A stretch of DNA of 64,000 bases from a virus (lineage: Duplodnaviria > Heunggongvirae > Uroviricota > Caudoviricetes): the IMG/VR virus record IMGVR_UViG_3300018065_000012. One strand, 5' to 3'. The notes beneath the pieces were generated by a model. The model had not been told where the DNA came from, made no database searches, and saw only the letters and a program-made list of their open reading frames with translations. Each line of letters begins with the position of its first letter. Position 1 is the stretch's first letter. The translations under genes and the position numbers were made by a program. Of the stretch, positions 27,004 to 35,497 are shown one piece after another.

Positions 27004-27482
27004 TAACCTTCAAGAAAAATCAGTATGATAACCAAATGGATTCAGAAGTCATTGAACTGTGTGACGCCATGAACTGTATGCCCGGCATCAGAACAACGGG
27101 TTCCTGCTGCGGACACGGAAAAGAACGGCTGATGATTTTCTTCGAAGTGCGTGATCCTGTTGTTGGCATATTCTTCATGGCCCGATGCGTCGATAAGAGA
27201 TATTTCAAGCATGGAGATACTTGGGACATAAGAATAACAGTGGGTGACACAATTGGCGATGGTGGATACTTGCCGACTGCCTACGTGCTGGAAAGCACGC
27301 ACAAAGGCGAGGAAGCATACAAGGAAGCAAAAGATTTGGTTGCAAATATCGTCCAACATTTGAACCATAAAAATTTCCTAAAAGGCTACTTCATTGACCT
27401 CGGCAAGTTTGACGTTGAAGGTGAAGAACTCGGTGATGACTGGTGGGAAGTAATACAGAAGGCGACAAAAAATGCTGAGTAA
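27000..27482 (+). CDS. Hypothetical cargo protein
   Basis: LCDAMNCMPGIRTTGSCCGHG motif; ends KNAE at a junction. Confidence 0.7.
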   Translation: MITFKKNQYDNQMDSEVIELCDAMNCMPGIRTTGSCCGHGKERLMIFFEVRDPVVGIFFMARCVDKRYFKHGDTWDIRITVGDTIGDGGYLPTAYVLESTHKGEEAYKEAKDLVANIVQHLNHKNFLKGYFIDLGKFDVEGEELGDDWWEVIQKATKNAE

Positions 27483-27657
27483 AGCAATCTGCCAACGTTG
27501 TAATAAACATGATGGCTACGATAACTGGATGTATGATTATACTCTAAAAGAATGGGCCAGAGGAGTCTTGTTCCCATGTAAGACTGATTGGTTTCATAGC
27601 TCAAAGTCGCCACCTGACTGCTGCCCATATTCTTTGGAACACCTAATGAAAAATTGA
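27472..27657 (+). CDS. Array unit
   Basis: MLSKAICQRC..PPDCCPYSLEHLM. Confidence 0.85.
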   Translation: MLSKAICQRCNKHDGYDNWMYDYTLKEWARGVLFPCKTDWFHSSKSPPDCCPYSLEHLMKN

Positions 27658-27667
27658 GCGAAACAAA

Positions 27668-27865
27668 ATGCTCAGTAGAAAAATCTGTAAACAATGCACG
27701 TATTATCTGTACAGGGAAAAGTACCACTGGGATAAATTCTGGTGGTGCCGGTTTGCTGGAGTGGCAGATTCTGTCGATGACCCTCCCAATGAATGCCCAT
27801 ATACTCTGGAGCATCTAATGACAAAAATCAAGAGAAAACAAAATGCTGAACAAAGCAATCTGTAA
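27668..27865 (+). CDS. Array unit
   Basis: MLSRKICKQC..PPNECPYTLEHLM. Confidence 0.85.
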   Translation: MLSRKICKQCTYYLYREKYHWDKFWWCRFAGVADSVDDPPNECPYTLEHLMTKIKRKQNAEQSNL

Positions 27866-28067
27866 ACAGTGCTGGAAAAAGCAATGGAACTCAACAAAGG
27901 ATAAAACATGGAGCTGCCGCCTTGATAAACCCGGTGGCTTTGGAGTGTATACTCAATATGATACCAACAGTGAAATCCCTGATAACTGCCCGTACATCTT
28001 AGAGCACTTGATGCAAAATCACCAAAAATCGAGCAACATTTTTCTCAACCCTCCTCAAGAAAAATAG
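27843..28067 (+). CDS. Array unit
   Basis: MLNKAICKQC..IPDNCPYILEHLM. Confidence 0.85.
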   Translation: MLNKAICKQCWKKQWNSTKDKTWSCRLDKPGGFGVYTQYDTNSEIPDNCPYILEHLMQNHQKSSNIFLNPPQEK

Positions 28068-28118
28068 CAAAAATCAAGCGATTTAATTGTATAATTAACC
28101 AAGTGATCGTGTCTTCAA
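28031..28118 (+). promoter_or_regulatory. Internal array promoter module (near-identical to 23225-23313)
   Basis: About 89-bp near-identical copy containing TTGTATAAT. Confidence 0.7.
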
Positions 28119-28150
28119 CGAAAGGCTCAAAGAGTTGAAAGGAGAGAAGT

Positions 28151-28354
28151 ATGACGGATGAACAAAAAGCTGCTTATATTTTCGCTCAGGCTTCTTGTGC
28201 CTTGATTCAGGCGATGGGCGCTTTTTCAGAAAATATGCAACGCAATCGCTTGGGACAATCTGTGGCTTATGACGAAAATGCGTTTCAAGGAATTATCCAA
28301 GAATATGGCATCCATCACAATGCAACTATAGGACTGTTTCACGAGTTGCCATAA
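28151..28354 (+). CDS. Hypothetical protein
   Basis: AAAGGAG RBS directly after the promoter module. Confidence 0.7.
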   Translation: MTDEQKAAYIFAQASCALIQAMGAFSENMQRNRLGQSVAYDENAFQGIIQEYGIHHNATIGLFHELP

Positions 28355-28406
28355 CGTCTCTCCGTTTCAAAGATAAAAGCCAATATGCAAAATCGAGAGC
28401 AAAGAA

Positions 28407-28613
28407 ATGCTGAGTAAAAAAGTCTGTAAAAAATGTTGGGCCAAAATTGGCGTAAAATGGGGTTCTTATAGACAAAAAGAATGGTGTTGCTCCGACCGTT
28501 GGAAAAGGGACATTGAAATTGTGTTTTTGACGAAGGAAAGCAATCCTCCGAATAAGTGCCCCTATACTCTCGAACACCTTATGCAAAATCAAGAGAAAAT
28601 AAATGCTGAGTAA
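28407..28613 (+). CDS. Array unit
   Basis: MLSKKVCKKC..PPNKCPYTLEHLM. Confidence 0.85.
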   Translation: MLSKKVCKKCWAKIGVKWGSYRQKEWCCSDRWKRDIEIVFLTKESNPPNKCPYTLEHLMQNQEKINAE

Positions 28614-28833
28614 AGCTATATGCCAGCAGTGTGAACACAGGGTCAGAGCGGGTAGATGGAATGACACGGCTGAGAAAGAGTGGGAGCAGGGGAAAGTGCA
28701 TTGTCATCATAAGCCGATAAAGGAAGCCCGAAATTTGTTCGATTTTTACACGGTCGAAGTAAACGAAATTCCTGATTGGTGCCCATACAGTTTAGAACAC
28801 CTGATGGAAACGCAAAATCGCGAGAAAAACTAA
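28603..28833 (+). CDS. Array unit
   Basis: MLSKAICQQC..IPDWCPYSLEHLM. Confidence 0.85.
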   Translation: MLSKAICQQCEHRVRAGRWNDTAEKEWEQGKVHCHHKPIKEARNLFDFYTVEVNEIPDWCPYSLEHLMETQNREKN

Positions 28834-29025
28834 ATGCTAAGTAAAAAAGTCTGCCAAAAATGTAAGTGCTTTCAAAAAGTCAGAGGAAAACCGAAAAGTT
28901 TCGAGTGGTGGTGTAGTACTGTCGATGATTCCAGCTATGGTATTGCGATGCATCGCAATGCTAATCCAAAACACGGATGCCCTTACGCTTTAGAGCATCT
29001 ACTGGAAACGCAAAATGCCAAGTAA
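28834..29025 (+). CDS. Array unit
   Basis: MLSKKVCQKC..KHGCPYALEHLL. Confidence 0.85.
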   Translation: MLSKKVCQKCKCFQKVRGKPKSFEWWCSTVDDSSYGIAMHRNANPKHGCPYALEHLLETQNAK

Positions 29026-29245
29026 AAAAATCTGTAACAAATGTGAGTACTATTACGGAAGTTCAATTAACGGAAAATCTTGGTCATGCGAAAAAATAGG
29101 AACTATCGAACAACGAAGTAAATTGTACCGATGCCCTTATGAACTCGAACACCTAATGCAACTTCAAAGGCCCATGCAAATGCATGATGCTTCAGAAATT
29201 ATCTATGTTGCAATATGTCGTAATCGCGAGAAAAAACCGCTGTGA
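29015..29245 (+). CDS. Array unit
   Basis: MPSKKICNKC..YRCPYELEHLM. Confidence 0.85.
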   Translation: MPSKKICNKCEYYYGSSINGKSWSCEKIGTIEQRSKLYRCPYELEHLMQLQRPMQMHDASEIIYVAICRNREKKPL

Positions 29246-29448
29246 CTTTTCAAATTTTTACTACCCAAATGTGCGGCATGAAACCAATCAAAGCAATCTG
29301 TAAAAAATGCAAACAATACGAAGACCCTGCGTTTGGGTTCGTCGGATGGACGTGCGGAAACTTCCACCTGATGCCAGATGACGAAATCCCAAACGACTGT
29401 CCATTCGCTCTCGAACACCTGATGGGAACGCAAAGCAATGCTGAGTAG
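29242..29448 (+). CDS. Array unit
   Basis: KAICKKC..IPNDCPFALEHLM. Confidence 0.8.
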   Translation: MTFQIFTTQMCGMKPIKAICKKCKQYEDPAFGFVGWTCGNFHLMPDDEIPNDCPFALEHLMGTQSNAE

Positions 29449-29605
29449 AAAAATCTGCGAAAAATGCGAACATGCAAGATTCTCATTTGGGCTTGTAGGA
29501 TGGTTGTGCGTTAAACACTATGCTATGCCCAATGATAAAACCCCTGACCAATGCCCTTTTATCTTGGAGCACTTAATTCAAAATGACAAAAATCGAGAGA
29601 AATAA
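29438..29605 (+). CDS. Array unit
   Basis: MLSRKICEKC..TPDQCPFILEHLI; below cutoff. Confidence 0.8.
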   Translation: MLSRKICEKCEHARFSFGLVGWLCVKHYAMPNDKTPDQCPFILEHLIQNDKNREK

Positions 29606-29826
29606 TGCTGAGTAAACAGGTATGTCAAATATGTCTTAAAAAAAGGCCAAACCATCGCTGGAGCAAAGCGGATGAATTACAATGGGGTAAAGGAAAGTTT
29701 ATCTGTGTCGTGAGATATAGAAAACTTAAACTCACCGTAGAACACTCTGTCAATGATTTACCACCAAATGATTGCCCGTATTTCCTTGAACACCTTATGC
29801 AAATCAACAAAAATCGAGCGAAATAA
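29605..29826 (+). CDS. Array unit
   Basis: MLSKQVCQIC..PPNDCPYFLEHLM. Confidence 0.85.
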   Translation: MLSKQVCQICLKKRPNHRWSKADELQWGKGKFICVVRYRKLKLTVEHSVNDLPPNDCPYFLEHLMQINKNRAK

Positions 29827-30042
29827 ATGCTGAGTGAAAAAGTCTGTAGGAAATGCAAACATTATGAACCGGCTAAAGTGCTTCTCAAAAAAAATCATTG
29901 GTGGTGCTGGAGAAAAGGAAAATCACCGGAAAGGGCAACATTAACAGGCGTTGCAGCAACAGTGGCTACAACTTGCCCATACTATCTTGAGCACCTTGTA
30001 GCTACCCAAAAAACCGAAACCCGTGAGAAAAAAACGTCGTGA
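29827..30042 (+). CDS. Array unit
   Basis: MLSEKVCRKC..TTCPYYLEHLV. Confidence 0.85.
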   Translation: MLSEKVCRKCKHYEPAKVLLKKNHWWCWRKGKSPERATLTGVAATVATTCPYYLEHLVATQKTETREKKTS

Positions 30043-30096
30043 CCTTTCAAATTTTTTATATCAACCACCCGCACAAAGGAGCGGTGCTAAAACCAA

Positions 30097-30297
30097 ATGC
30101 TAAACAAAACGGTGTGTAATAAATGCAAGCATTCATATCATACTGACAATAGACTATGGGTGGAATGGCTCTGCTGTGTTGTCCCTAATTCCGTAACCAG
30201 CCGATGGGTTACAAAAGCTACACCAATACCAAAACGGTGCCCCTTTAGCCTTGAGCATGTTTTACAAAATGATAAAAATCGAGCAAAAAATCTGTAA
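30097..30297 (+). CDS. Array unit
   Basis: MLNKTVCNKC..IPKRCPFSLEHVL. Confidence 0.85.
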   Translation: MLNKTVCNKCKHSYHTDNRLWVEWLCCVVPNSVTSRWVTKATPIPKRCPFSLEHVLQNDKNRAKNL

Positions 30298-30445
30298 CCA
30301 GTGTAAATGGTTCAAAATGTTAGAGACACAACGCTGGTGTCTTTTTCCAGAAGGCTGGTATAATCTGACTAAACGGATTGTATTACCTCACAGTTATTGC
30401 CCGTTTACTCTTGAGCATCTAATGCAAAATCGAGAGCAAAATTAA
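30269..30445 (+). CDS. Array unit
   Basis: EQKICNQC..HSYCPFTLEHLM. Confidence 0.8.
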   Translation: MIKIEQKICNQCKWFKMLETQRWCLFPEGWYNLTKRIVLPHSYCPFTLEHLMQNREQN

Positions 30446-30646
30446 ATGCTGAATAGACAGCTATGTCAAAAATGCCCAGAGTGTTCTGGCGGACAATGGC
30501 ACTCCGACACACTGAAAGTAACAATAACGTGTTATGTGAAACACCCTGAAGCAAATAATAGCCCTGTGTTCCTTAGCTCAGAAGATAATCCTCCGTCAAC
30601 GTGCCCTTTTATCCTTGAACATCTAATGACAAAAATCGAGCGATAA
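30446..30646 (+). CDS. Array unit
   Basis: MLNRQLCQKC..PPSTCPFILEHLM. Confidence 0.85.
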   Translation: MLNRQLCQKCPECSGGQWHSDTLKVTITCYVKHPEANNSPVFLSSEDNPPSTCPFILEHLMTKIER

Positions 30647-30647
30647 A

Positions 30648-30833
30648 ATGCTAAGCGAACAAATATGCCAAAAATGCAAATACTATTTCCATAGCTACTA
30701 CAACCGCAACTACTGGCCTACTGTCTGGTACTGCCGTGCTCTCGGAGCTGCAAACTGTGAAAGTAATCCACCTGATAATTGCCCGTACACCTTGGAACAT
30801 TGTATTGCAAAAACAGAGAACAAAATATGCTAA
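30648..30833 (+). CDS. Array unit
   Basis: MLSEQICQKC..PPDNCPYTLEHCI. Confidence 0.85.
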   Translation: MLSEQICQKCKYYFHSYYNRNYWPTVWYCRALGAANCESNPPDNCPYTLEHCIAKTENKIC

Positions 30834-30959
30834 GTAAAGCTGTGCAAGTATTATGGAGGACAAACAGGAACAGAACTGGTTTGTGCTATCGAACATCTAA
30901 TGCAAGCTCAAAAACTCAAAACACAGAAACGATACCAAAGAAGCTGCCTCTGGAAATGA
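30827..30959 (+). pseudogene. Degenerate, frameshifted array unit
   Basis: MLSKA, then in another frame CKYY..CAIEHLMQAQ. Confidence 0.55.
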
Positions 30960-31244
30960 ACGTGTACATACTATGATTGAAGCTTCTGAAAGCATCTATG
31001 ATAGCTATTATCGAACGCTGAAGGCCATTATAGGAAGCAAATGCTTTTGAAAGTGAGATATATGCTTTGTTTTGGTGCGTCAAATGAAATGCGTAGTATT
31101 TTTATACATAATGTTCTTTGAAGGATGCATTCTGGGTGCGTCAAAATTGAGAAAGCTTGTGAGAAGCTGAGAAGTGTAGCAAAACGCCGTAGAATTTTTT
31201 GATTCAACGAATTTCAAATTTTGAAAAAGAAAGGGATTTTGAAA

Positions 31245-31427
31245 ATGGGAAAGGGAAAAAAGAATCCAATGATCGATGCTGACCCAAATGCCGTTTTGAT
31301 CAGCACAGCAATTGATTTGTCCGTGACGGCTTTTGAAAAATGTCAAGCAATTGGAATGAGCGGCAAGGCATGTGGAACAATTGCTATTGAAACTTTCGTG
31401 CGATATTTGGGCGCACATGGGATGTGA
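31245..31427 (+). CDS. Hypothetical protein
   Basis: AAAGGGA RBS; MGKGKKNPM.. Confidence 0.55.
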   Translation: MGKGKKNPMIDADPNAVLISTAIDLSVTAFEKCQAIGMSGKACGTIAIETFVRYLGAHGM

Positions 31428-31430
31428 GCA

Positions 31431-31613
31431 ATGCTTAAAAATTTAACAGAAAAATACATTGCTGAGCGCGATTTGCTTCCTGTGGCAGAGATTGAGATAC
31501 GAAAATTTGCGCAATGGTTGGCCGTTGAGGAACTCAAAAAGCAGCCGCCTGAAGTGCAGCGGTTGTTTGAGCATTTGCAAAAGACTGCTGCGAAAAAGAG
31601 GAAAAATCGGTGA
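31431..31613 (+). CDS. Hypothetical protein
   Basis: 60-aa ORF. Confidence 0.55.
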   Translation: MLKNLTEKYIAERDLLPVAEIEIRKFAQWLAVEELKKQPPEVQRLFEHLQKTAAKKRKNR

Positions 31614-31756
31614 AAATTGATACTGTAATTTGCAGAAGATGTAAACATTTGATGCAGGAACATTGGATTGACGGAACTTTTTATTTTTGCAATCGTTACG
31701 ATGATGAATGCCCATATGAGCTTGAATTGCTTATGAAAGAGCAAGAAATCGAATGA
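31610..31756 (+). CDS. Array unit, short LEL subfamily
   Basis: VICRRCKH..FC..DECPYELELLMKEQEIE; below cutoff. Confidence 0.8.
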   Translation: MKIDTVICRRCKHLMQEHWIDGTFYFCNRYDDECPYELELLMKEQEIE

Positions 31757-31932
31757 AAACAGTTTATGAGATTTGCAAGGGATGTGGCAATCATACATAC
31801 ACATTGTCCCGTGACCCTGCATGGCAATGGGTTTGCAGAGAGCGCGGAACAGATGATTGTCCATATCATTTGGAGTTATTGATGATGAGGCAAAGCAATG
31901 AAGGAATCAACAGCGCAACAGATTGCGAATGA
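31753..31932 (+). CDS. Array unit, short LEL subfamily
   Basis: EICKGC..VC..DDCPYHLELLM; below cutoff. Confidence 0.8.
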   Translation: MKTVYEICKGCGNHTYTLSRDPAWQWVCRERGTDDCPYHLELLMMRQSNEGINSATDCE

Positions 31933-32053
31933 GATTTGCAAGAAGTGCAAATACGTATTTCCAGTTTCACCGGGATTGGCAATAATTTGCATGCGGTTCA
32001 ATAAGCCATGTCCATATGAATTGGAACGATTGATGTTGAAGGAAATCGAATGA
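31898..32053 (+). CDS. Array unit, short LEL subfamily
   Basis: EICKKC..IC..KPCPYELERLM; below cutoff. Confidence 0.8.
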   Translation: MKESTAQQIANEICKKCKYVFPVSPGLAIICMRFNKPCPYELERLMLKEIE

Positions 32054-32214
32054 AAGCAAATTACAAAGCTTGTAAGCACTGCAAGCACTTAGCACGAATT
32101 AAGCAGAAAAATAGTTCTGAGTTAAGAATCTGTTTTCGAGATCAGTATGATGACTGTCCTTACGAGTTGGAGTTATTGATGATACAGCAGAAAGAAATCG
32201 ATGAGACAAGTTGA
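32050..32214 (+). CDS. Array unit, short LEL subfamily
   Basis: KACKHCKH..IC..DDCPYELELLM; below cutoff. Confidence 0.8.
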   Translation: MKANYKACKHCKHLARIKQKNSSELRICFRDQYDDCPYELELLMIQQKEIDETS

Positions 32215-32350
32215 CATATCAATTTGCAAGCGATGTAGGCATTGGGCGATCATATGGACTAACGAAGAGAAGCAGCTTTGTTGTCATGGGACAGTTGATG
32301 ATTGTCCATATGTTTTGGAATTGCTTATGAAAAGGCAGAAATCAGAATGA
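32201..32350 (+). CDS. Array unit, short LEL subfamily
   Basis: SICKRCRH..CC..DDCPYVLELLM; below cutoff. Confidence 0.8.
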   Translation: MRQVDISICKRCRHWAIIWTNEEKQLCCHGTVDDCPYVLELLMKRQKSE

Positions 32351-32526
32351 GAGAAATTGACGACAACGAAGAGATTTGCAGCAAAATATGCAAACATTGG
32401 GCGCTCATATGGCATGGGGAGACAAGGCGATTGTTTTGTATGAAGGAAGATGATTGTCCATATTTGCTTGAATTATTGATGAAGGAACAAAAATCGAATG
32501 AAAATGGATTGGGAGATTTGCACTAA
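32347..32526 (+). CDS. Array unit, short LEL subfamily
   Basis: EICSKICKH..FC..DDCPYLLELLM. Confidence 0.8.
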   Translation: MREIDDNEEICSKICKHWALIWHGETRRLFCMKEDDCPYLLELLMKEQKSNENGLGDLH

Positions 32527-32650
32527 CTGTCGGCATTATTATGTCCGCAGATCAGGGGTCGCATCACATTATTGCGAATTAAAAATGAATGAAAAGAAGT
32601 GTCCCTATGTGCTTGAGTTGCTTTTGAAGGCGCAAGATGATAACGTTTGA
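32498..32650 (+). CDS. Array unit, short LEL subfamily
   Basis: EICTNCRH..YC..KKCPYVLELLL; below cutoff. Confidence 0.8.
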   Translation: MKMDWEICTNCRHYYVRRSGVASHYCELKMNEKKCPYVLELLLKAQDDNV

Positions 32651-32789
32651 GGTTTGCAAAAGATGCCAGCATTTGTTACAGCATCCAAGGATCAGTCCAG
32701 ATGGCCTTTATTGCAATAGGTGTGACGAGGAGTGCCCATTTGAGTTGGAATTGTTGATGATGAGGCAAAGCAATGACTTTGAGAATTGA
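32637..32789 (+). CDS. Array unit, short LEL subfamily
   Basis: EVCKRCQH..YC..EECPFELELLM; below cutoff. Confidence 0.8.
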   Translation: MITFEVCKRCQHLLQHPRISPDGLYCNRCDEECPFELELLMMRQSNDFEN

Positions 32790-32982
32790 CAAGATATGTA
32801 ACTCATGCAAGGAAACGGTTTGTACTTTGGAGACGATAATGCGCAGGAGGAAATGGGGCGCTGAGAACATAGCTCGCATCATGGCAGTCAAAAGACGAAT
32901 GAATGCGGTTGAAGATGACACAAAGGTTCGCGAAGGGTGCCCTTATGAATTGGAGCATTTGATGGCAGGGCAGAGACGATGA
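32773..32982 (+). CDS. Array unit
   Basis: KICNSC..VC..EGCPYELEHLM. Confidence 0.8.
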   Translation: MTLRIDKICNSCKETVCTLETIMRRRKWGAENIARIMAVKRRMNAVEDDTKVREGCPYELEHLMAGQRR

Positions 32983-33164
32983 TTGCATTTCTTGAAGTTT
33001 GTGGCAAGTGCAAGCATTTCATACAACAGAGGATGTTCGGGTCGATACAGGTATTTTGCGGGAAGCAGCAGAATGAAGAATGCCCTTATGAGCTTGAGAT
33101 ATTGATGATGAAGCAAGAGTTCAAGGAGATAGCAAAGCGTGCTGGACAAAGAGATTTGCCTTAA
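32979..33164 (+). CDS. Array unit, short LEL subfamily
   Basis: EVCGKCKH..FC..EECPYELEILM. Confidence 0.8.
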   Translation: MIAFLEVCGKCKHFIQQRMFGSIQVFCGKQQNEECPYELEILMMKQEFKEIAKRAGQRDLP

Positions 33165-33387
33165 ATGCGTTTCAGGAAAGCATTCATTCCATCGAGCTTG
33201 GGAGATACATGGCGTATATGAGGACGATTGGAGCGAGGGAGTCTCGTTTCCATGCGTACAGGCCGAGAGTTCGAACCAAGCACATGGGAAGTTTTTCTTC
33301 GGATTTTGGTACAGTTTGGAGGGTCCGCCGAGGGATTGTCCATATTCGCTCGAACATATCGTGCAGAGTGAGGGGATAAATGCGTGA
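33139..33387 (+). CDS. Array unit (last one)
   Basis: MLDKEICLKC..PPRDCPYSLEHIV. Confidence 0.85.
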   Translation: MLDKEICLKCVSGKHSFHRAWEIHGVYEDDWSEGVSFPCVQAESSNQAHGKFFFGFWYSLEGPPRDCPYSLEHIVQSEGINA

Positions 33388-33548
33388 AAAGGCAGACCAG
33401 TTAAATCCCAACGAAACATGGATTTCGTCCGGCTCTACGCAAAACTGCGTCAAGAAGCAAATGGGGTAGCATGACGCAGCATGGCACCGGCAGGCGGTGG
33501 TATTGGCACCGGCACCCGGTGGTAGACAATAAATGAGGAAAAATCTGA

Positions 33549-33584
33549 GAAAGTTCACGGCAAATGGTTGGAAATGCGGTTAAG
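33549..33584 (+). promoter_or_regulatory. Bipartite 36-bp motif, copy 1 (GAAAGTTCACGGCAA-N10-ATGCGGTTAAG)
   Basis: Six copies with invariant spacing, A-rich upstream, each heading a gene block. Confidence 0.75.
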
Positions 33585-33619
33585 GCTCCCGGTAAGACTT
33601 TTTTTGAGGGAGCGAAGCG

Positions 33620-33838
33620 ATGGATATCAACGATGACAGAACAGTCAGAAGATGGACGACAGCCGAGCGTCTTGAACGGCTCACTGGCAAGACGCTTCAC
33701 AGAAACGAAGAGGACCGGGACAATAACGATTACGATAAGGCAAATGACGAGTTTCATTTCAGCGCCAAAACTACGCTGTCTTATGAAGAGCGTTTGAAGG
33801 ATGGTTTCCAACTGTTGGGTTTAGCTGGAGACGCATAA
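33620..33838 (+). CDS. Hypothetical protein, YxERLxxGFQ family
   Basis: C-terminal SYEERLKDGFQLL, shared with 41289 and 51398. Confidence 0.65.
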   Translation: MDINDDRTVRRWTTAERLERLTGKTLHRNEEDRDNNDYDKANDEFHFSAKTTLSYEERLKDGFQLLGLAGDA

Positions 33839-33839
33839 C

Positions 33840-33980
33840 ATGAAAGATATTTACAAGAAAACTTCTTTCAAGAAAGTCGCTGTTGGCGGTGTGCGTTGTA
33901 GCTGCTGCAATGACTTCCATGGACAGAAGAAAAAGCTGCGCCGGTGGACACGCCGTAAGGTGAAAGGAACAGGAAAATGA
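33840..33980 (+). CDS. Small basic hypothetical protein
   Basis: GGVRCSCC..KKKLRRWTRRK; below cutoff. Confidence 0.55.
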   Translation: MKDIYKKTSFKKVAVGGVRCSCCNDFHGQKKKLRRWTRRKVKGTGK

Positions 33981-34321
33981 AAGTATCGTTAGATTTCAAA
34001 GTAGGGAAATGCCTTATTGAGCGGGAAAAGGGCGACCCGCAATTCCGCGACAGTGAATGGGGTTCTGGTGAATCCAGACTTCTGTATCATATCAAAAAGG
34101 TTCTGAACGCAGAGGGTTGGGATTTCATCAAGAAGCGCATGTACAAGGACGGCCATTTGGTGAGCGACCAGCAGCTGTATCTGCGCGAACGGAAAGTAGA
34201 CAAAGGTTGTAATTGCTGCTGGGCCATTTGGAATCAGAATTGGGCCGTGGCTTCTGCGAACAAGAGTTTCAATGAAGACGGCAAGGCGGTTTTGAGTTTG
34301 ACGAACATGGGAGCAGAGTGA
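33977..34321 (+). CDS. Hypothetical protein
   Basis: 114 aa, coupled. Confidence 0.7.
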   Translation: MKVSLDFKVGKCLIEREKGDPQFRDSEWGSGESRLLYHIKKVLNAEGWDFIKKRMYKDGHLVSDQQLYLRERKVDKGCNCCWAIWNQNWAVASANKSFNEDGKAVLSLTNMGAE

Positions 34322-34512
34322 TGGACGAAAATCTCAGAATGATTGCGGATGAATTGGATTGTTTGAGGGAAAAGATAGTCACGGATGCACGGGCGCACAA
34401 ACCACCTTCAAAACATCTTTATAGGCGTTTTGAAAGGCTTTTGGAACGACTCAAAGAGCTTGGCTATGTAAAGGAAGACGATAATGAAGAGCAAACTGGA
34501 CAAAGCGGTTGA
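34318..34512 (+). CDS. Hypothetical protein
   Basis: Coupled ORF. Confidence 0.6.
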   Translation: MMDENLRMIADELDCLREKIVTDARAHKPPSKHLYRRFERLLERLKELGYVKEDDNEEQTGQSG

Positions 34513-34768
34513 GGTCATCGAGCACGAGCTTCAGAAGATGCCAAATGAGCAGCGCAAGCATATTGAAGCGCTACTTGAGGCTGCAAAGCTGGTGAGACCT
34601 TTGTTGGACATAATGGAGGCTTACGTTGACATGGCTTCAGTCTACGAGAGTGAGCTTATGAAAAAGGCTAACGATTTGACTCGCGAACGGACGGTGGAGG
34701 AAGTCATGAAGGATGAATGCGGCAAGCAGTTTTATTCAAGAGTAGGCCAAGAAGGGAATCAAAAGTAA
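34484..34768 (+). CDS. Hypothetical protein
   Basis: AAGGAAG RBS. Confidence 0.65.
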   Translation: MKSKLDKAVEVIEHELQKMPNEQRKHIEALLEAAKLVRPLLDIMEAYVDMASVYESELMKKANDLTRERTVEEVMKDECGKQFYSRVGQEGNQK

Positions 34769-35142
34769 TGAGCAAATCAGAAAATCAAAAAATGCGTGAA
34801 GCCATCGCCAAATCGTTTGGCGCTATGGGCATCGGGGGCATTAATTTCGTCGATGGCCAAGGCAAGACAGTCGACCATATTGACACTGTCAAGCCCAAAA
34901 GCATCCGTGCGAAGGTTTACAAGCACGGTGGTGGGATGACGTATCTCAAGGTTGGTGACAAAGTGAAGATATATTTTGTCAATGGCGGTAAGAGGAAACT
35001 GGAACATGACGGCAGCGTGGAAGTTGTCAAGGCGATTACCAAAGAGCGCAGCGGTGATTACTGCATTGCTCTTGAGTCAGGGAAGTTCTTCAACGCTGGA
35101 ATTGGTAACAGTTGGCGTAGGGAGTTCGAGCACATCAAGTGA
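34768..35142 (+). CDS. Hypothetical protein
   Basis: TAATG coupling, MSKSENQK.. Confidence 0.65.
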   Translation: MSKSENQKMREAIAKSFGAMGIGGINFVDGQGKTVDHIDTVKPKSIRAKVYKHGGGMTYLKVGDKVKIYFVNGGKRKLEHDGSVEVVKAITKERSGDYCIALESGKFFNAGIGNSWRREFEHIK

Positions 35143-35154
35143 AAGGATGAAAGA

Positions 35155-35493
35155 ATGAAAAGTATTCATCTTGACGCCCCTATTGAAGAGTTTTTTAAGC
35201 TCGTTCCTAAACAGTACAAAGCAACGTGTGGTTTTAGAAAAGCTTGTAAATTTCTTAAATGTAAAACAGTCCGGGACATCGTTAAGCATCCTGTTCAACA
35301 TTTTGAAATACAATTCGGAATTGGCGCGGGAACAATCAAATACATAAATCAAACACTTGCTGATTTTGGGCTTCATTTGAAAGACGAGATTGTTCCACGG
35401 ACTCATTCGGAATCGGGAATCGCTAATAAACTTGATTCTATTGCCAAAGGACTTTTTGCTATCGCTGATGCTCTCAATCATATGAGAGGATGA
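35155..35493 (+). CDS. RNA polymerase alpha-CTD-like (HhH) domain protein
   Basis: LDAPIEE..KCKTVRDIV..GIGAGTIKYINQTLADFGLHL follows the alpha-CTD pattern. Confidence 0.55.
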   Translation: MKSIHLDAPIEEFFKLVPKQYKATCGFRKACKFLKCKTVRDIVKHPVQHFEIQFGIGAGTIKYINQTLADFGLHLKDEIVPRTHSESGIANKLDSIAKGLFAIADALNHMRG

Positions 35494-35497
35494 AAGA

